Assembly: GCA_003707115.1 (NCBI GenBank)
Contig: PPNB01000005.1
Coordinates: 62,001 to 126,000 of the forward strand
Source of the DNA: Tortispora ganteri
Taxonomy: Eukaryota
Length of the DNA: 64,000 bases
Direction: 5' to 3'
The notes under the pieces were generated by a model. The model did not search any database. It worked only from the letters and a program-made list of their open reading frames with translations, and was not told where the DNA came from. Shown here in pieces: positions 19,701 through 27,761 of the stretch; positions within the stretch are counted from its first letter, which is position 1, and each line of letters starts with the position of its first letter. The translations under genes were made by a program, and so were the position numbers.

Positions 19701-20160
19701 GTACTTGGAAGACGAAGAAAGGGATGAGATATTACAGATCGATGATGAAAAGAAAATGAGTGATATTGCAATGTTTGTGAACAAATATCCAAACATTGAT
19801 ATATCTGCGAAGATAGATGGATCTAATTCTATCGTTTCTGAAACACCTTGCTCTTTAGAAGTAATTATTGAGCGAGATACCGATGAAGAGGAAGAGGAGG
19901 TGCTGCAGTCATACGAAGTTTATGCTCCATTTTTTACGCAGCAAAAGATAGAAAACTGGTGGATAGTTGCTGGAAATGATGTTACTGGACAACTATATGG
20001 AATTAAGAGGGTAAGAATCACTAAGTCCAGGGAGACTATTGCAATGCAGATTATTTTCCCGACAGAAGGACAACAAACACTGAATATTTACTGTATGTGT
20101 GACTCATACATTGGTGCTGATAAGCAGACAAAGTTAATGGTTGAAGTACTGAGTAACTAG
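13771..20160 (+). CDS. BRR2: U5 snRNP Ski2-like RNA helicase Brr2
   Basis: YRYEAMSNKVI N-terminus, APTGAGKT, DEIHLLHD, GLSATLPN, QMMGRAGRP, a second degenerate helicase cassette and two Sec63 units. ATG at 13771. Confidence 0.97.
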   Translation: MAEKDFSDYRYEAMSNKVIKVDKRLMDDPAARGDQTSTEPETLLGRIGLADMGARVTRDKPPTDKQSLIVPKIGAHYIDKSLDALLKEYAQYRPLSAKSRDLFASLMVWVRNFLGDVSEPTLVSAADAILAIAKNINYNDSKRRSEICAVLGSDPSDDEFSALYALTDLIRDYDPSVPVQHSVDTETDLGIALVFEEENQNDDETVVGERSDAESTEVLAAIEPDIVREQDQKFSKPENLLPEQEENIILDSNTDQLYIPPQSIDAFWIHKQLRLHFTDAQLVQDKAEAILDLLSRKMSPNRLQVELLKIFDRKDSAAIVVKQILTNRWTILYRIKLARAANEDEVKAIKQEVIDAGHGNILLDVSDSKEDIQMTDISTQGPDANPTKLKPQYIDLSSLVFEQGGHLITNRNVKLPKGSFRVQKKKYEEVHVPAPQPREVSDSLVPISDLPQWSQASFSSASITHLNYIQSQVLPVALGTDENLLMCAPTGAGKTNVALLAMLRTIQHYRSSTTGEINRDAFKIVYIAPLKALVQEQVRTFSARLAPFGLICAELTGDQQLTRDQIAETNVIFTTPEKWDIVTRKANETSYVKLVRLLIIDEIHLLHDERGPVLESIVARALMTSDLTGNETRMVGLSATLPNYSDVSTFLRVDPAVGLFYFDASYRPCPLSQQVIGITEKKPVKVYQAMNDATFVKVTENAGKHQMIIFTHSRKDTVKTAKFIRDKAIEEEIISNILRSDNSSQRILKEKSEQITNAALKELIRYGFGTHHAGMNVQDRAIVEELFAAGYVQVLVSTATLAWGVNLPAHTVIIKGTQIYSPGRGQWVELSPQDVIQMMGRAGRPGFDTSGEGIIITTHNELQYYLSLLNQQLPIESQFISKLVDALNAEVSLGYVRNLADAVEWLGYTYLFVRMVRSRKVYHVGPSYDDDTLLERYRLDLVHSAATILHKDGLLRYNSQTGNMQPTELGRIAANYYVTSDTMKEFNTELSPVQSHIELIKVFSKAEEFKFIPVRPEEQVEIRKLMDRVPFPVSGDSSDLSTKISILLQAYISRLSIEGFALLSDMIYVTQSAARLFRAMFEVCVRKAWGSLSRSCLDICKMVEKRLWHVYSPIRQYPGVPMDVIRRMEALPVPWHRYFELESAVEVGEALNLDKYATKVFELLKCFPRVEIQVQVQPITPTSLKFEVLITPNFTWNEGFHGKVEAFHLFVEDSSAEELLYSDMLFVYEEFVGKEHIMEFIVPIATPVPPNYFVSLVSDRWIGSQTRIPVSFKNLTLPRKFIAPTPPIGTNLVSIEELEDDSAIAFCKARNIKQLNSIQSEVFNTVYRTNRSCFIGMPSGSDDGLVAELAIMKHLKDARGSKIVYMNPVADVLKRLLLVWKVRFPVIDANVKISKLSGDLTIDQDIIANSSLILTTPQQWAAVSCRWQRNKDIHNIKLFIADRLQSLNEQGGSLYECMVSRMQLVAQSVANGMRIIGLGYSIATGGSIKSWMELEDDEFYNFAPSDRVQPLAINLRSFTAQHHDSLMLNMALPVYLTLAAKGDAKVDTQSILFVDSRLQAFDTAHDLQRYDSGNDKTGSIFSPLLADADIQLAEKIDSIAVKNLALKGIGIVYGSMSASDRGVVEKLYNTGMLQVLLCSRDARNVLKVKAGFVIIMGIDYYEGSEHRYKSYSVSELMDYLAAAYRLDGTTAKALVMCRNVQLPFLKKFLSEAIPVESSLNLVLSDYIMPEICNRIVKSKQDAIDWITHTFFYRRLLENPSYYGLLDVTQDGLSTYLSELVEGALDELKEMNIVDIDESEDVVTPLEGALISGHYGISPYTINTFQNNLGGKLKLRKLIETICLAVEFDALSLRQNEDTILKRLVTITPMKSSNIEWGTVNFKAFILIQAHISRIGLPQDLANDQRLCISESLKLLYAAIDVLSSAGYLAALRAIDLIQMIVQAVWSTESPLEQIPHFTSDIIARCHDKSVNTVYDIMYLEDEERDEILQIDDEKKMSDIAMFVNKYPNIDISAKIDGSNSIVSETPCSLEVIIERDTDEEEEEVLQSYEVYAPFFTQQKIENWWIVAGNDVTGQLYGIKRVRITKSRETIAMQIIFPTEGQQTLNIYCMCDSYIGADKQTKLMVEVLSN

Positions 20161-20345
20161 CAAAGTGAATATTCAATTAATATCAGGGAATAAATGAACG
20201 AAGAGCAGACTTTAAGAGAGTTTTAACTACATTAGTTATAACTGTCAGGCTGTCGAAGCTATTGGACAATATTTATTTTTTTAATCTTAAATATTTAAAC
20301 GTAATATCTGTAATGATCCACGAGAGTTTCAAATGAGTATCAAAA

Positions 20346-20838
20346 TCAACTAATAAAGCTCAATATTGACTTCACAGTAATCGTAAAGTCTAGAGTTAAT
20401 CCTGATATAGATACGCCGAAGGAACTATGAGTGATCACGGCAAAAAAATCTGATTAAGGGCAGGAACAACAGTCTGAAATTGAAACACACATTTCACAGG
20501 TACAAAGTAGTTTGGACTGATTGATATCGGTACTTCGATCTGATCTTGATCTTCTTCATAAATGTAGGTATACTCATCGCGTACAACAGATTCAATAATA
20601 TCTTCAATAGAACACTTCATAGCAGTGCATAAGACTGCCATAAAGGAGTTAAGTAGCGCTGAACTGACAATCTCTTTAACAATGGTTTTCCGAAACAGAT
20701 CTTCATCAATAGGATGCAGCGGTAAATCAGCATGAATTGTAAGATGGTATAAGACCGTTCGAATACAATTCCAGTGATCTTCGGAAGCTCATCAGGGCTT
20801 GTTTTGGGCACCTTCATAGCAGTGATAGTTGAAAGCAT
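20346..20838 (-). pseudogene. Internally deleted, frameshifted tandem paralog of the adjacent adhesin-like gene
   Basis: Three pieces in different frames match the neighbour: STITA...VFERSYT vs STVTA...VFERSYT (18 identical nt taagaccgttcgaataca); KEIVSS...AVLCTAMKC...ISPNYFVPVKCVFQ vs KEIEES...AILGSAMSC...VSPAYYVPVRIVLQ; and SGLTLDFTITVKSI vs DEITLTFSLIIRQI. Confidence 0.8.
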
Positions 20839-20991
20839 TAATATTTCAGCAGTCGTTAAGCAGCAGAAATAATTAGGAGAATTTTCTGTGTAGAAGAAAA
20901 CAACCTTTGCGTTCTCGATCAGCTATAGCCATAAACAGAGCTATAACGTGTAACATGGTCATCGAAACAATTATATGAGAAAATCTAGGCC

Positions 20992-22902
20992 TCAAATCTG
21001 CCTGATAATCAAAGAAAATGTCAGTGTGATTTCATCTAAGTATATCGCATTTTCCCCAAAGTAATCTTGAACGCTCGGAATATCTATTAGACTTTGAAGC
21101 ACAATCCTCACTGGCACATAATAGGCCGGGCTGACTGAAGCTTGCATTGCCACAAAAAATAGGGATGGGCTATTATATGAAGTCGACATCACATACTCTC
21201 TGTCTGATAAATGTGTAATAAGACTTACATCATTGCAGCTCATAGCACTGCCCAGGATAGCAAAGAGTAAATCTATTCGAATTGATTCCTCAATTTCTTT
21301 AAGATAACCATCGAATAATGCAAATAGAGGGGAGGAAGATGGAAAGTCATTAGTAGTATTTTCGGATGCAACGTCTACGGTAATGTTGCAAGAAAATCTT
21401 ATAGAAGATCCTTCTGTTTCTGCTTGATAATAAGTGAGAAATTCTTCTCCAAATCCATATCGAATGGTTTTGTCAAAGTCGGACGAGATGATCCTTATTT
21501 TATTCTGAAATAATCCTTCAATAGAATTTCTAGCGCCCATCTGATACAGTGGATTGTACCTATAAGTACCATTAGGAAGTTCGTCTCGATCATACACATA
21601 TTGGTTAGATAAGTCGCCTTGATATGAACCACCGTATACACCACTGGCTACAGATTCAGTGCATACACCGCTATTTAAGCTTATCAAACTAGAAGAAGTT
21701 TTTGAGCTAGAGGTAACTTCTGAGCTAGAGGTAACTTCTGAGCTAGAGGTAACTTCTGAGCTGGAGGTAACTTCTGAGCTAGAGGTAACTTCTGAGCTAG
21801 AGGTAACTTCTGAGCTAGAGGTAACTTCTGAGCTTGAAGGAATCTCTGAACTGGTCGATATAAAAAGTGAAGAAATAAATGATGGCAGTGGCTCAGAACT
21901 GGAGGCTATTAATGCGTCTGAAAACACACTAAAAACTTCTGAAGTATCTTTGCTAATGGCAAGGGTACTTACCAGATTTGAGTATGAGATTGCTTGTCCA
22001 AGAACATTGAGCTGCAGGGGTTCATTGTGGTTTTGAACGCTTATCAATACAGTACCCAGAAAATCTCGTTTAGCTTTGGATGTAGACGTTAGTGGAGCAT
22101 CAATTACAAGCCTAACTGGGTACCATGCATCTTGAAGATTTAAATCAAAGACAACAGAAAACTGATTAGCTGAAGACAAAGTTTTCGCATGATTAAATCC
22201 ATAAGCTCCGATCTGTTCGATATTTTCGCATTCCATGGCGTTTGATCCTACGAACAAGTGAACTTTCAGTTCGTCACCATTGAAAGATTCTGCAGAGACG
22301 CTGATAGCGTTGACATTGGCCATTTGAATGTATGACAGAACTTCCGTAACACCCTCTTGAACATTTAGAGATAAAGAGATATCCGTGATTGACAATTCTG
22401 CATAAGAAGAAACTCCGCTGCGGTATGCGCCAGATGAAATCTCCTCATGGGACCAAGTGCCTGTATAGTATGCCGCGTTTGCGGTGCCGGATACGTATGG
22501 AGGGATACCAGAACAACCAACAGCATCTAATGAAAGATCAGCAGTTAATACTGATGATGAAAATTTTTCTGAATTTGTTGTGCGAGTGACAACCACAGGG
22601 ACTTCTACCGTGACGCCGAGAGATACTAATAAGGATATGTCGATCTGCTCATAAAATCCCCATATATATGTATGCGAAGAGCTAACTAGAGGAGGTTGTA
22701 AAACATAGGTTACCACTGCTGGAGTGCAAGCATAACAGTATGTTCCAGACACATCCGATATCTTTGAAGAGCCATATTCATCACATACAGTTACATATCC
22801 CGTCCCAGTGGTGTAAGACCGTTCGAATACAGTTGTAGTGGTTGTGGGTGGCTCGCACAGGAACGTATCTGTAGCAGTAACAGTGGAGATAAATGTGTAC
22901 AT
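20992..22902 (-). CDS. Flocculin/adhesin-like protein with two divergent PA14/GLEYA-like domains and a Ser/Thr repeat (5' end uncertain)
   Basis: Thr-rich start, two related units (LFVGSNAMEC...WYPVRLVI and AILGSAMSC...YYVPVRIVL) resembling the Flo/PA14 pattern, KR dibasic site (KAKRD) and (EVTSSS)7 linker. Confidence 0.55.
   Translation of the reverse strand: MYTFISTVTATDTFLCEPPTTTTTVFERSYTTGTGYVTVCDEYGSSKISDVSGTYCYACTPAVVTYVLQPPLVSSSHTYIWGFYEQIDISLLVSLGVTVEVPVVVTRTTNSEKFSSSVLTADLSLDAVGCSGIPPYVSGTANAAYYTGTWSHEEISSGAYRSGVSSYAELSITDISLSLNVQEGVTEVLSYIQMANVNAISVSAESFNGDELKVHLFVGSNAMECENIEQIGAYGFNHAKTLSSANQFSVVFDLNLQDAWYPVRLVIDAPLTSTSKAKRDFLGTVLISVQNHNEPLQLNVLGQAISYSNLVSTLAISKDTSEVFSVFSDALIASSSEPLPSFISSLFISTSSEIPSSSEVTSSSEVTSSSEVTSSSEVTSSSEVTSSSEVTSSSEVTSSSKTSSSLISLNSGVCTESVASGVYGGSYQGDLSNQYVYDRDELPNGTYRYNPLYQMGARNSIEGLFQNKIRIISSDFDKTIRYGFGEEFLTYYQAETEGSSIRFSCNITVDVASENTTNDFPSSSPLFALFDGYLKEIEESIRIDLLFAILGSAMSCNDVSLITHLSDREYVMSTSYNSPSLFFVAMQASVSPAYYVPVRIVLQSLIDIPSVQDYFGENAIYLDEITLTFSLIIRQI
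21703..21834. repeat. Coding minisatellite, 7 x 18 bp (tgagctagaggtaacttc) plus a partial unit
   Basis: Seven near-identical units with one A>G in unit 4. Encodes EVTSSS on the minus strand. Confidence 0.97.
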
Positions 22903-23654
22903 AACTTGTAAGATTTAATAGTTAATGAATATCAACAACTTAAAAGAGGGGTTATATCATATCCCTTATATACCTGTAAAACAGCTAAAATAATAAGCAG
23001 AGTAATAACACTAAAAACCTTGGCAGGTTACTTGCTTATCGAGTAAACTAACAACACCCATAAGATACTGAATTCAGTTATAATATTGTGCATGTAGTAG
23101 AATAGAATACGAATCATTCTGTTCTCTTAGCTTGTCAAAAAGTTTATCTATTATGTTTATCTATTATCCATGCAAAATGAAAGCGTAGATCTTTTCAGAA
23201 CGACATGCCAATTAAGTTGCTTATGATTGAACTTTGATTGGTTGATAAGAAGTGTTTTAGCGTAAAAATAATCTAATTGCTAAAACAATTTCACAGCTTT
23301 TGACGTTGAAAGCTAATTACCTACAAAGAGCGAATCAGAATTGAATGATCTACTAACTTTTAGTATTATAGGATCATGAACAGATTAAACAGAATACCTA
23401 GCTTAAAAGTTAATGTGTACTTTAAAATCATAACTTGCAACGATTTTAACATAGTTCGTCAGCCAATAGTAGCTTCGTATAGGGTCTACAGATTAGTCCA
23501 GAGTTATATAAAATTAAACAGATATATTATGTATTAAATCGATCATTTTAAAAAAAAAATAATTCAAGTATTATGGTCTGTTATGATCACGGGCTCATGT
23601 CTAACCTTTGTTCACTGATTATTCCCACACGTTTGACACAACCATACACACTTA

Positions 23655-26402
23655 ATGAGCGTAAACAAGCCATTTAAGCCCCTGATTGTTGAATCAGACG
23701 CCTCTACAGGATATAAATTACTAAAACGACCTAGAATAAATACCGCTAGACCATTATCGACTTCTAGTGATACATCAAACACCTTGACCACTATTGACGA
23801 TGATTCAAACATGAGTGTAGTCAAGTTTAAAGTGCTATATCGTAAACAAACCGTCAAAAAACATAGAACATGGGAAGAAGATGGATTTTTGGTGATTCAC
23901 GGGAAATCTATGTTACTTAAAAACTCTTCAGATGCAATAATTAGTCGTGGTAAAAAAGAATTAGTGCTACAGATTGGCGATGAAATTAAAGTGGGTCAAT
24001 TCGACGTATTGATAGATTCCCTTCTTCATATTGGATCTCCTGCATCCAAACCACCTCAACCGAAAATCGCGTCTCCTAAAATTGCAAAAACTCCTTTAAA
24101 GCCTCGAAATATTCTAGTTCCATTCAAAGCTACTAACAGCACCCCAGTATCAAAGAGACGCGTCCAAGAACCTGAATCACCCGATATTTTCCCCAAAGTT
24201 TTCGACCAATTCAAAATACATACCGTTACAGACTACATTGATCCTGATGCAGAAAACGCTATACTCATGAACAACCCTCCTGATGTACTGCAAAAGAATA
24301 GTCTGTGCCGCACTGTTGTGATTGACAGTCTGTTATCCCAGCATTTGAGAGACTATCAAATTGAGGGTATCAGATTCATGTATGATGGAGTTATGGGATT
24401 TAGACCAGATGGCGGCCAGGGAGTTCTAGTTGCTTACGAAATGGGTCTCGGAAAAACGTTAATGGCTGTCACTCTTGTATGGACTCTGCTTCGTCAAAGT
24501 CCATACCTTAATGAGTCTAGTGTCATTAGTAAATGTCTCATAGTTTGTCCTAAGACTCTAACCGAAAACTGGCGCGATGAATTTAGAAAATGGCTGGGCC
24601 GTGATAAAGTTGCTGTATTAGTAGCTGATTCATCTGCCGCAGTTCGCCGTTTTTTCGCCAATAACGTGTACAGTGTGATGATAATTGGATACGATCGTTT
24701 CAGACTTGACGATGAAATTATTCTTAATGCGGATTTTGACTTGATTATTTGCGATGAAGGTCATCGTCTAAAAAATGCTAGCACCAAAAGCTCTCAAGCA
24801 CTTAACTTGGTTAAAACGCCTCGCCGTATCATCTTAACTGGCACTCCTATCCAGAACGATTTGGCCGAATTCTATTGCATGGTGGATTTTATCAACCCAG
24901 GGTTTCTTGGTACATATCAAGCATTCAAAAAGCGTTATGAAACTCCTATATTTCGATCCCGACAGACTAATGCCAGCTCATTCCAGATTATGGAAGGTAA
25001 AGAGGCCTTACAGAATTTGACCAACGAAACAAGTGCTTATATAATACGGAAGAGATCCTCAGTGCTACTAAAACATCTTCCTCCTAAATCTGAGTATGTC
25101 GTTTTCTGCGCCCCGTCTAATGAGCAGAAGTTGCTATTCCGACGACTCATTCAGGACTTAGTAGGATCTAATAGTTATGATTCGCTACTTGAATCGGGCG
25201 ATTTTTTGAAGTGGATCTTGTACTTCAGGAAATTGTCCACAGCACCTTGCTTGCTTACAAGAGGTTCAGGTGTTACAGAAAACTTTGTCAATGACCCTTC
25301 GTTGCGCCATGCACTTGCTTCGGCTAGTGGTGGTAAGTTAGTATTCCTTAAGCATTTTCTAACCAAACTGCACCAAAAGAGTGAAGAGAAAGTGGTGTTG
25401 GTATCCAATTTTACCAAAACTTTGGATATTTTAGAAGGGTTAATCACTAGCATTGGCGCAACATTTTCACGTTTAGATGGTTCAACCAGTGCTAAGGACA
25501 GAATCAAACTGATCAACGATTTTAACAAAACCAATTCTAAAACGAGCTTTGCATTTCTTCTATCAGCTAAAAGTGGAGGCGCTGGAATTAACCTTATAGG
25601 CGCATCGAGATTGTTTTTAGTTGATTCAGACTGGAACCCTGCGGGTGACTTGCAGGCAATGGCGCGAATTCATCGCGATGGACAAAAACGGCCTGTATAT
25701 ATATACAGGTTACTTTGTACAGGTACAATAGATGAAAAAATATATCAGAGACAGTTGAGTAAACTTGGGTTGTCTGATAGCTTGGTGGATGAAAAGGAGA
25801 GTTCTCTTGTGGGCATGTTTAGCAGCGAAGATCTTAAGGATTTATTTACGTTTGACGATTGTACTAAATCATTGACACATGAGTCTCTTGGTTGCCCATG
25901 TGAGAATGGTGTGCTTACTTGGACGAAGGACCTAGAGAACGAGCTTGTGGCACGAGGAAGGAATGGATACCTGGATGACTTTAGTTCACAGCCTAATATC
26001 ATAAAAGCGTCACAAGTGAGTACCTCTCGAACCTCATACCAGGAGTTAGCCAAACTGAAAACTCTGGCTTCATATAAGCACATAGATTGGCCGTTGAGTA
26101 CGTTTGACTCAGATGATATACTGCTTGAAGCTATGAAAGAAAATACAGGTGACGTGACTTACATTTTCGAGGCCTTGCCTGATTGGGTTCGCGATGAGTC
26201 TAGCATTGTGTTGCCCGAGTCTGATGCAGAATTGGAGCAACTCAGTGAGTCAGATAACGATAGTTGTTTGAGTATACTAAACGAATCTGTCATGCACTCA
26301 ATTCAACTAGAAGAGTTACAAGACAAGGAGACTGTTCGGACGTTAGACATAATAGGGGAGTCACTGGAAGTAGTTCGAGATTCGGACTTATCTAGTCCGT
26401 GA
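23655..26402 (+). CDS. RDH54: Rad54B/Rdh54-type SNF2 DNA translocase
   Basis: N-terminal KKHRTWEEDG motif, EMGLGKT, CDEGHRLKN, LTGTPIQNDLAEF, LLSAKSGGAGINLIGASRL, QAMARIHRDGQ. Confidence 0.9.
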   Translation: MSVNKPFKPLIVESDASTGYKLLKRPRINTARPLSTSSDTSNTLTTIDDDSNMSVVKFKVLYRKQTVKKHRTWEEDGFLVIHGKSMLLKNSSDAIISRGKKELVLQIGDEIKVGQFDVLIDSLLHIGSPASKPPQPKIASPKIAKTPLKPRNILVPFKATNSTPVSKRRVQEPESPDIFPKVFDQFKIHTVTDYIDPDAENAILMNNPPDVLQKNSLCRTVVIDSLLSQHLRDYQIEGIRFMYDGVMGFRPDGGQGVLVAYEMGLGKTLMAVTLVWTLLRQSPYLNESSVISKCLIVCPKTLTENWRDEFRKWLGRDKVAVLVADSSAAVRRFFANNVYSVMIIGYDRFRLDDEIILNADFDLIICDEGHRLKNASTKSSQALNLVKTPRRIILTGTPIQNDLAEFYCMVDFINPGFLGTYQAFKKRYETPIFRSRQTNASSFQIMEGKEALQNLTNETSAYIIRKRSSVLLKHLPPKSEYVVFCAPSNEQKLLFRRLIQDLVGSNSYDSLLESGDFLKWILYFRKLSTAPCLLTRGSGVTENFVNDPSLRHALASASGGKLVFLKHFLTKLHQKSEEKVVLVSNFTKTLDILEGLITSIGATFSRLDGSTSAKDRIKLINDFNKTNSKTSFAFLLSAKSGGAGINLIGASRLFLVDSDWNPAGDLQAMARIHRDGQKRPVYIYRLLCTGTIDEKIYQRQLSKLGLSDSLVDEKESSLVGMFSSEDLKDLFTFDDCTKSLTHESLGCPCENGVLTWTKDLENELVARGRNGYLDDFSSQPNIIKASQVSTSRTSYQELAKLKTLASYKHIDWPLSTFDSDDILLEAMKENTGDVTYIFEALPDWVRDESSIVLPESDAELEQLSESDNDSCLSILNESVMHSIQLEELQDKETVRTLDIIGESLEVVRDSDLSSP

Positions 26403-26483
26403 CAGCTAGGGAACAAAGGATGCTAATTGGTGCTTAGAATAATAATGGAACAAACGCTTTATACGTAAATATGTAAAACAAGT

Positions 26484-26554
26484 GAGGAAGGAGAAGAGAA
26501 AAGGAAGGGAGTAGGAAGAGGAAAAAAAGAGGAGGAAAGAAAAATAGAGGAGAG
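26484..26554. repeat. 71-nt polypurine/polypyrimidine tract between convergent RDH54 and SUI2
   Basis: Only two T residues in the tract on the plus strand. Confidence 0.85.
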
Positions 26555-26563
26555 TTGCGTTCG

Positions 26564-27502
26564 TTACGCGTCATCATCATCGTCATCGTTCACTTCAGCA
26601 TCAGAGTCGTCATCGCCTGAAACTTCTTGGTTTTCAAGTTCCTTTTGCTCCATAAGAGCGGCGAGTTCGGCATCATCAGTAGCAGTGACTGCTCTGGGAG
26701 CCATTTTAACGACCATATTGCCGCCCGCTTTAGATATTGAATCTTCTATAGCATCTAGCGCCTTTTGGAGAGTTTCAAGACCCTGTTGTTTGTCTAGACA
26801 TTGAGATGTAAGAACATAGAGGGGTGGGGACACGAGCCTTACCTTTACCGGGTTCTTTTCAGAGTTGAGATCTTCTGCAGCTTTCAAAGCGGTTTTAACG
26901 GCATCTATTCCTTCATACGAGAAGCAGGTAACTTCTATATCTGAGCGCACTTTAGTTGGCTGAGGAGTGAGCCTTCTGGATATGTATTCAAGGAGGTCGT
27001 CGAGAACTTCTTGAGATGGAGGATTGAGGCCTTCGAACACTTGTGAAGGGTTAGTGATAGCGAGCTTGAAGGCGTCATAGGCATGACCATATTTTCGGTA
27101 TAGAGGCCAACCTATTGTTTCATAAAGAGTTTCGAGAGGTACCCTGTGTTTTTCTGCGACATGGCGCAAGATTGAGTGGACATTTTTTGATTTATTGTAC
27201 TTTTCTTCGCATCTAGCAACGTCTTCTGGTGACACACGACGTTTTGAGAGATCAATATAGCCCTTTTCGGCGTCTACACGCATAACAAGAACCACTTCAT
27301 TTCTTCCTACGCGAATAATTTTCTGGATACTTCTAATGCGGCGACGAGACAGCTCAGAAAGTAATATCATGCCATCGATATTGTCATATTCCAGCAATTT
27401 CACGTAGGCACCCATCTCTGCGATTTCTCGTACGTTCACCATAATGAGGTCGTCGACCTCCGGGAACTTGTTTTCGTAAAACCGACAATTCGTTAAACTC
27501 AT
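26564..27502 (-). CDS. SUI2: Translation initiation factor eIF2 alpha
   Basis: CRFYENKFPEVDD, MGAYVKLLEY, LSELSRRRIRSI (Ser51 loop), KGYIDLSKRRV. Confidence 0.99.
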   Translation of the reverse strand: MSLTNCRFYENKFPEVDDLIMVNVREIAEMGAYVKLLEYDNIDGMILLSELSRRRIRSIQKIIRVGRNEVVLVMRVDAEKGYIDLSKRRVSPEDVARCEEKYNKSKNVHSILRHVAEKHRVPLETLYETIGWPLYRKYGHAYDAFKLAITNPSQVFEGLNPPSQEVLDDLLEYISRRLTPQPTKVRSDIEVTCFSYEGIDAVKTALKAAEDLNSEKNPVKVRLVSPPLYVLTSQCLDKQQGLETLQKALDAIEDSISKAGGNMVVKMAPRAVTATDDAELAALMEQKELENQEVSGDDDSDAEVNDDDDDDA

Positions 27503-27761
27503 GATTTTCTGTGTAATTCAGGGGCAAATTGTAGTACAAAACCCGTGAAAGTACGCTGATGTAGGAAGGAAAAAAGGACAAAAGACAAAACTTAGTAAAA
27601 TCCCTGGGTGCAAAAAAAAAATTATAGTATTACCTATTTTCCTAAATAAGTTAAAACCCTAATCCAACTTTTCGCGTCATAATGGTGTAGTAGCAAGCGG
27701 CGCTGCAAAGTAGACAGATCGCTGTTCTTTCATCTGAATTAATTGACATTGCATATTTTAG

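Noticed and set aside
3163..20160. HSH155 and BRR2 as a splicing gene cluster
   Set aside because: They are separated by four unrelated genes, and proximity is compatible with chance.
21703..21834. CRISPR-like appearance of the repeat
   Set aside because: Contiguous units without spacers, inside a eukaryotic CDS.
21659..22036. Plus-strand ORF with (ELEVTS)n
   Set aside because: Antisense shadow of the 18-bp repeat.
23351..23363. TACTAAC-TTTTAG perfect branch point and acceptor upstream of RDH54
   Set aside because: No consensus 5' splice site found upstream and RDH54 appears complete. Cannot be supported without RNA data.
26564..27502. Alternative CUG decoding
   Set aside because: CTG occupies conserved Leu positions (KLLEY, SELSR), which supports the standard code.
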